From: Schizosaccharomyces osmophilus
Taxonomy: Eukaryota
Reading direction: 5' to 3'
Assembly: GCF_027921745.1 (NCBI RefSeq)
Contig: NC_079238.1
Span: 868,001-932,000, forward strand
Length of the DNA stretch: 64,000 bases
Under the pieces are notes generated by a model. It worked only from the letters and a program-made list of their open reading frames with translations. It made no database searches and had not been told where the DNA came from. Position 1 is the first letter of the stretch; every line of letters begins with the position of its first letter. Shown one piece after another: positions 58,957-64,000 of the stretch. Made by a program: the position numbers and the translations under genes.

Positions 58957-61248
58957 TTATTCATTCACAAGGCATTTGATTTCTTCGCTAACTGATGCGT
59001 TACTTTGTAAGCTCATACCCGCTGCTTTTTGAGCAATGTTTATCGCGTCGTCCATTCCCTTATTTCGAGATATTAATGCAGTCAGAACTCCAACAAATGT
59101 ATCTCCTGTACCACTTGCGTTAACGCAATTTTTAATTACACTCGGGGCAGGGTAATACTTTATGAGTACCTTGCCAGGCGTACAAAGACTGCTCGAATTT
59201 ATTGAAAGCCCCTTAACTTCATCGGAGCTTACCAATAACGTTCCTTTAGAACCCAATTTAACAATTATATTTTTAACAAATGGAAGTATATGTAGACACT
59301 TTTGTAGAATTCCATTCTCTGTCAGGTCTTTGAAGTCAGCTGCTTTTGACAATCTTTCAATCTCTATAACAATTAGTAAATAGTCAACGACTACTTGTAA
59401 CATACGTGTATAAAAAGAAGAAGTTATTCCATATGAATTAATAGTTGCCCACCATTTGTCCATATCACATAAACCTCGCTGCTTTATAGCTTCAAATAAT
59501 ATATTCAACTCATACAGATTTGGTGTGATATAATCGATGGAAGAGTTTTCAAACGTATCCATTATCTTTACGCATTTAGGACCACTGGTCGGTTCGAATA
59601 TAATTTTTTGACCGCCTCTTTTATGAAGTGCAATATCATGCATCAGGGACGAAGAAATATTTCCATCAAAACAAATATAATCCGAATCATCGAGAGCTTT
59701 TTCAAGATCTTTATAAGCCAATTGTTCCATAATTGACATGTCAGCACCTGCTAGAAGGAGACTTCCTTGACGATTATTGACTGCAGTATATGAACAAGAC
59801 GAGAAGTCTTGTTTCTCAATTAACTTATACTGTATTTCAGATTTACCAAGATAACTTTGAATGGCTGTCGTAGGTACTGAGTCACTACCTATGCAGCTAA
59901 TCAGTTTGGTAGGAACTCCCATCAACGAAGAAGCCATTGCAATATTATGGGCTACTCCGCCAAAACTTTGCACTGTACGACAAGGATATGAAGTACCCAA
60001 TAGTTCGGAAGAATGTTCACCTTCGAGTGTAAGTACCGAATCAACTGATACACTACCAATTGCGATCACCTTCGGGTTTTTGGATCCTAAACTTTCCCTT
60101 GTCTCAGGCGAAAACAAAGCGGCGTTTTTCGAAAAAGGCCCCAAACAAGCTGTGTTTGATTTATATTGGGGGACAAAAGAACTTTTCTGCTTATGTGAAA
60201 CCAAGGATGAAGAAATAGAAGCGGCATTTCTTGCATTGTTTAAGACTAAGTCGATATTCGTGCTTAAACTCTTTCCTTTGGTCAAGTGGAACAGTTGGCC
60301 AAGAAGAAAGGGAGTAACGTCTTTTCCAAAAATCCTTTGTTCTTCGCATTTCCTTAAAGATAAATCGATGAAGGATTCCATTTCTGGATAGCTTATAGAG
60401 CATTTTTTTGGAGTAGGAACTGCAATAAGGGTACCACACTGTAGATTAAGTTTCATGTTTTGGTAAAGCAAAGCCGCAACTTCTTCGGGAGATTCCAGAC
60501 ACATTGGACTTTTGAAAGAAGATTCTCGAGAAAAAAAAGCAGGAAAGGAGGAATTTTTGGGTCCAAGAGTTACTACGGGAACACCTTGTGTTTCTAATAC
60601 TTCTAGCGTTTTGCCAATATCCAAAATGCTTTTAACGCCAGCACACACAACACCCACTCTGGTGCGTCCTAACTCGATCAAATCTGCCGAGATGTCCATT
60701 GTAGTTTCAGCACCTCTGTGAACTCCGCCGATTCCACCAGTTGCAAAAACATCAATGCCAGCCTTTTCAGCTAAAATCATGGTTGAAGCAACTGTGGTTC
60801 CGCCATTCAGCTTCTGAGACGTAATATAGCTCAGATCTCTACGAGATACTTTTCGAGCAAGTGGACCAATCTTGGCCAAACGTTGCAATTCTAATTCTTC
60901 CAAACCTTCATTATGTAAGAAAGTATGAAAGCAAAATCACATACCTATTGTACACTTTCCGTCAATTATGGCAATTGTAGCGGGCACAGCGCCAGACTTC
61001 CTAACAGCATTTTCGACTTCCAATGCCATCTTCTGGTTCTCAGGATAGGGCATTCCATGTGTGATAATGGTGGATTCTAAAGCAACTAAAGGAAGTCCAT
61101 TTGAGAGAGCATTCGATACTTCCTTCGAATATGTCAACGATGAAAAATTGGACCTTGGCAACCTGAATCCAAGACCTCGGCTTCTACTAAGACCATAGTG
61201 TAATCCGCTTTTAAAAAAGGACCTAAATTGTCCGGTGCAATTCTGCAT
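58957..61248 (-). CDS. bifunctional pseudouridine-5'-phosphate glycosidase (PsuG/IndA) and PfkB-family kinase; exons 61248-60945, 60905-59406, 59363-58957
   Basis: [59 protein letters not shown], then PfkB motifs [30 protein letters not shown]. Confidence 0.95.
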
Positions 61249-62174
61249 ATGTCAAGCACTTGAACTTTGAATCCTCTTACGAAACAGAATTATGGTAGTT
61301 AGGAATTTACTAAAATTATGAGCTTGTTTCCCGTTTTATTCAAACAGACAACTTTGCTAAGGAGAGAATCGAAAGGATACTCTAATGTACCAGTTATGCA
61401 CTGAGTAAAGTAAAGTAAAGAGCAAGATAATGGATCATTGATAAATTAGGCCTGCACAAAAGAAGAAAACAAAATGTTTTAGAATCAAAAATAGAGATCA
61501 ACTAAAACTTTTAAAAAATGAAGCTGGCCATTTTTGAAGTAAAACGACGGATTCATCAGAGTCCGTCTATGGCCGAAAATGGAAGGAATCTCCCATGTCC
61601 ATAGCGTTCAATGAAAAAGCATAAAATAGTTACTTGAATAAATCAGATACTCATAGAGACTTCTAGGATTGACGACTCTCACAGAAAGCAGATGTAGAAA
61701 AACAACATTTGTACCACTTTTCATTCACAGCTATTTTCATTTGGTTTTCTTGTTGTTGCCATTCCATTTAAGCAAATACTTATTTTTTCTAATTTCTTTT
61801 TGTTTCTTTCAAAATGATGTAGAAGATGTAAATAAACAGGCTTTGAGTCTCACGAGAGAAATCTTTTGAGATGTCCGAATTTCATTTCATTTAGAATAAT
61901 TTCTTTGCATATGCTTTAAGGAAGAAACAGATTTTTGCAGGAACAACAAAGGCATACATACCTTACCTTGAAGCATCGGTCACCTTTCTGAGGACAATTA
62001 TGAACGTCTCCATCCACTTGAATCTTTAACTAGTGAAGAGACGAAGAGATAAACCAAAGGCTAGCTGTAACATAAATTAGCCTGTTTCGATTCATTATTG
62101 TTCATTCATCTATAGCTCTTCGTTCTTACTTACCTCAGACCAAACACCAAGTGAACCAAATTTGGTGAAACAGG

Positions 62175-64000
62175 ATGAATACATCAGGGAACTTGGAGCA
62201 TGGAGATTCAAACATGGAAATGGATACAGCGATGGTTTCAGAATCGAAACCTTCCCTTGTTTCTGAATTACTCGAATTCACACTTCAACATCCTTACAAC
62301 TATGAAGGGCACGTGAAACTCGTAGAAGAACTCAAACAACATGGACTAAAAGATGATTTGCATGCCGCAAGAAAACGATTTCAAAGCCTATTTCCTCTCT
62401 CAGAAGGTAAGTTGGATAAATGTGAACGTACCAGTTGGTGTTCTGAGTCTTACTTTTTTGTGATCTTGTTACAGGAACACTCTCCGTTCAATCCTGGAAA
62501 TGATCGAAGCCATTCACTAATCACTTATGTTTAGATATATGGATTGAATACTTGGAAGACGAAAAGGCAGTGTGCAATACCCTAGAAGACTACGAACGAA
62601 TTGTCGGTTTGTTTGAAAGTGCAGTGACAGACTATCTTTCGATTCGTCTTTGGCAACTATATTTAGAGTTTTTATTAACACTCGTCGACCCAAGCACATT
62701 TTCTTCTGAAAATGCCGAGCTGCAAGACGTGGTTTCTCTGCAAGATGTCTACACCTTATTTAAGAGAGCATATGAAATATGCAAATACCATTTTAATCAG
62801 GTAAGTGAGAAGATGGACTTTGGTCATTTTGCTAATGTCGTTTTTATCTAGAGCCAAAAAATTTGGGAACAATTTTTGGAGTTTCTTGAAGAAACTGGTG
62901 AAAACCTATTTGAATCCGGCCAAACAATAACGTTGCGAGATAGAATGTACGAATTTTATATTGAAAGATTAGAAATACCCCACAGTCAGATCGAGGAAAC
63001 ATTCTCATCATTTTCGTCTTTCGTTACCAAAAATTGGTCACAAGAAGAATACGAAGTCATTATGTCGAACACGAATAAAATATATGAGACGAACCTGTCG
63101 AAACATAAGAAAATATATGATAACGAATTGCAATTGAGTGCTTCTAATCATTCCTTAGAATGCTACATGGACCTCCTTAATTCTGAATCTAGACGAAGCA
63201 CCTCTATTCATCAATATGTTGCTACACTTTATGAAAGAGCTATAAGCTTCTACCCTCTTGTAGGTGATCTATGGCTTGAGTACTTGGCTTGGGTGAGCAA
63301 ACCTGACTTTCCTCCTCAGGCTTATGCTATTGCAGAGCGTTCTGTTCGAAATTGCCCTTTTGTAGGGAAATTATGGGCCATAAAGCTTCTATACATGATT
63401 GTTGCTGGATTGTCTAATAGTGCAATTCACCAAGAGAAAGAAACATGTTTACAGATGGATTTGTTTTCTGGATTTGATGAATACTGTGCCTTTTTCTCTG
63501 AATATCTTAAACTTTGTATATATATTTCCTCTAATGAACTAGACCCTACGCTTTATATCAAAAATGAGATTGAAGCCATCGAGAACTTCATGCACCATCA
63601 TTTTCCCGGGCTTCGAGATCATAATATGCGGATAGAAAGTGCCAAAATTAATTTACTTATTTCTCTAAATGATTATGAGAGTGTCGAAGCTAGTTGGATT
63701 AGACTTCAGAAAGATTTCCATAAGAGCGCAAAGTTTTGGATTCTTAGATATGCAGCTACATTACGATACAACCCAGAGCTAGCCATTGACACTTTGAGAA
63801 AAGGTCTGTATAAGGATCTCGACAATCCCATGCTATTGTTTCAATTTTATGAATCGGTTGTAACACTTAATCATGATTGTTTTACCTCAATTTCTCAGTT
63901 CTATGATTTTACGCAAGCGAAAAGTTTATATGTCAAGAGGAGCCTTACTTCTCATTTACAAAACCAAGAACTGACATTCTCAACGGAAGTTCAAGAAAAG
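62175..64000 (+). CDS. prp24: Prp24/SART3-like HAT-repeat U6 snRNP recycling factor, truncated by the window end; exons 62175-62406, 62535-62800, 62852->64000
   Basis: HAT repeats (PYNYEGHVKLV..L..AR..F...FPLSE.IW..YLEDE, FESAVTDYLSIRLW, LYERA....P....LWLEY, ERSVRNCP....LW); adjacency to the pseudouridine gene. Confidence 0.85.

Noticed and set aside
59861..60391. 176-aa plus-strand ORF within the pseudouridine gene
   Set aside because: Antisense shadow of a well-supported CDS.
1..64000. tRNA, rRNA, LTR/Tf retrotransposon, wtf or CRISPR features
   Set aside because: The GGTTCG-like hits I examined lack cloverleaf context; no long direct repeats or RT/integrase ORFs seen by eye. A tRNAscan-SE or Rfam run would be the definitive check.

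Overview
Gene-dense, intron-containing fungal chromosomal DNA from a fission yeast. The proteins are clear but diverged orthologs of Schizosaccharomyces pombe genes, so this is probably a non-pombe species of the octosporus/cryophilus group; the exact species cannot be fixed from the sequence alone. I resolved 27 protein-coding genes, many only after manual splicing: swi6, an ArfGAP, apm4, mrp20, dbp10, atp25, mis4, pre1, mrp11, trm112, eIF3m, rsm19, loc1, gti1, tup12, tsc2, a Cdc1-like phosphoesterase, vps55, bmt2, pgk1, kap123, trs65, a DUF4504-like gene, ppk22, lea1, elongin C, a UPF0300/mug131-like gene; plus a pseudouridine glycosidase-kinase fusion and a 3'-truncated prp24 (29 in all). 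I found no tRNA, rRNA, transposon or CRISPR feature. The most interesting signals are in the introns: (1) the lea1 (U2A') intron restores the conserved protein only if spliced as AT-AC with U2-type signals; (2) swi6 intron 1 has an 18-bp hairpin that hides a frameshifting proximal AG and brings the branch point next to the productive distal AG; (3) several introns use a CTTAC branch site complementary to their own 5' splice site; (4) a GC-AG intron in elongin C, rod-like folded long introns, MCB motifs inside mis4 introns, and a spliced non-coding leader diverging from prp24. All splice models and base pairings were derived by eye and need RNA evidence. S. pombe systematic names are recalled from memory, not looked up.
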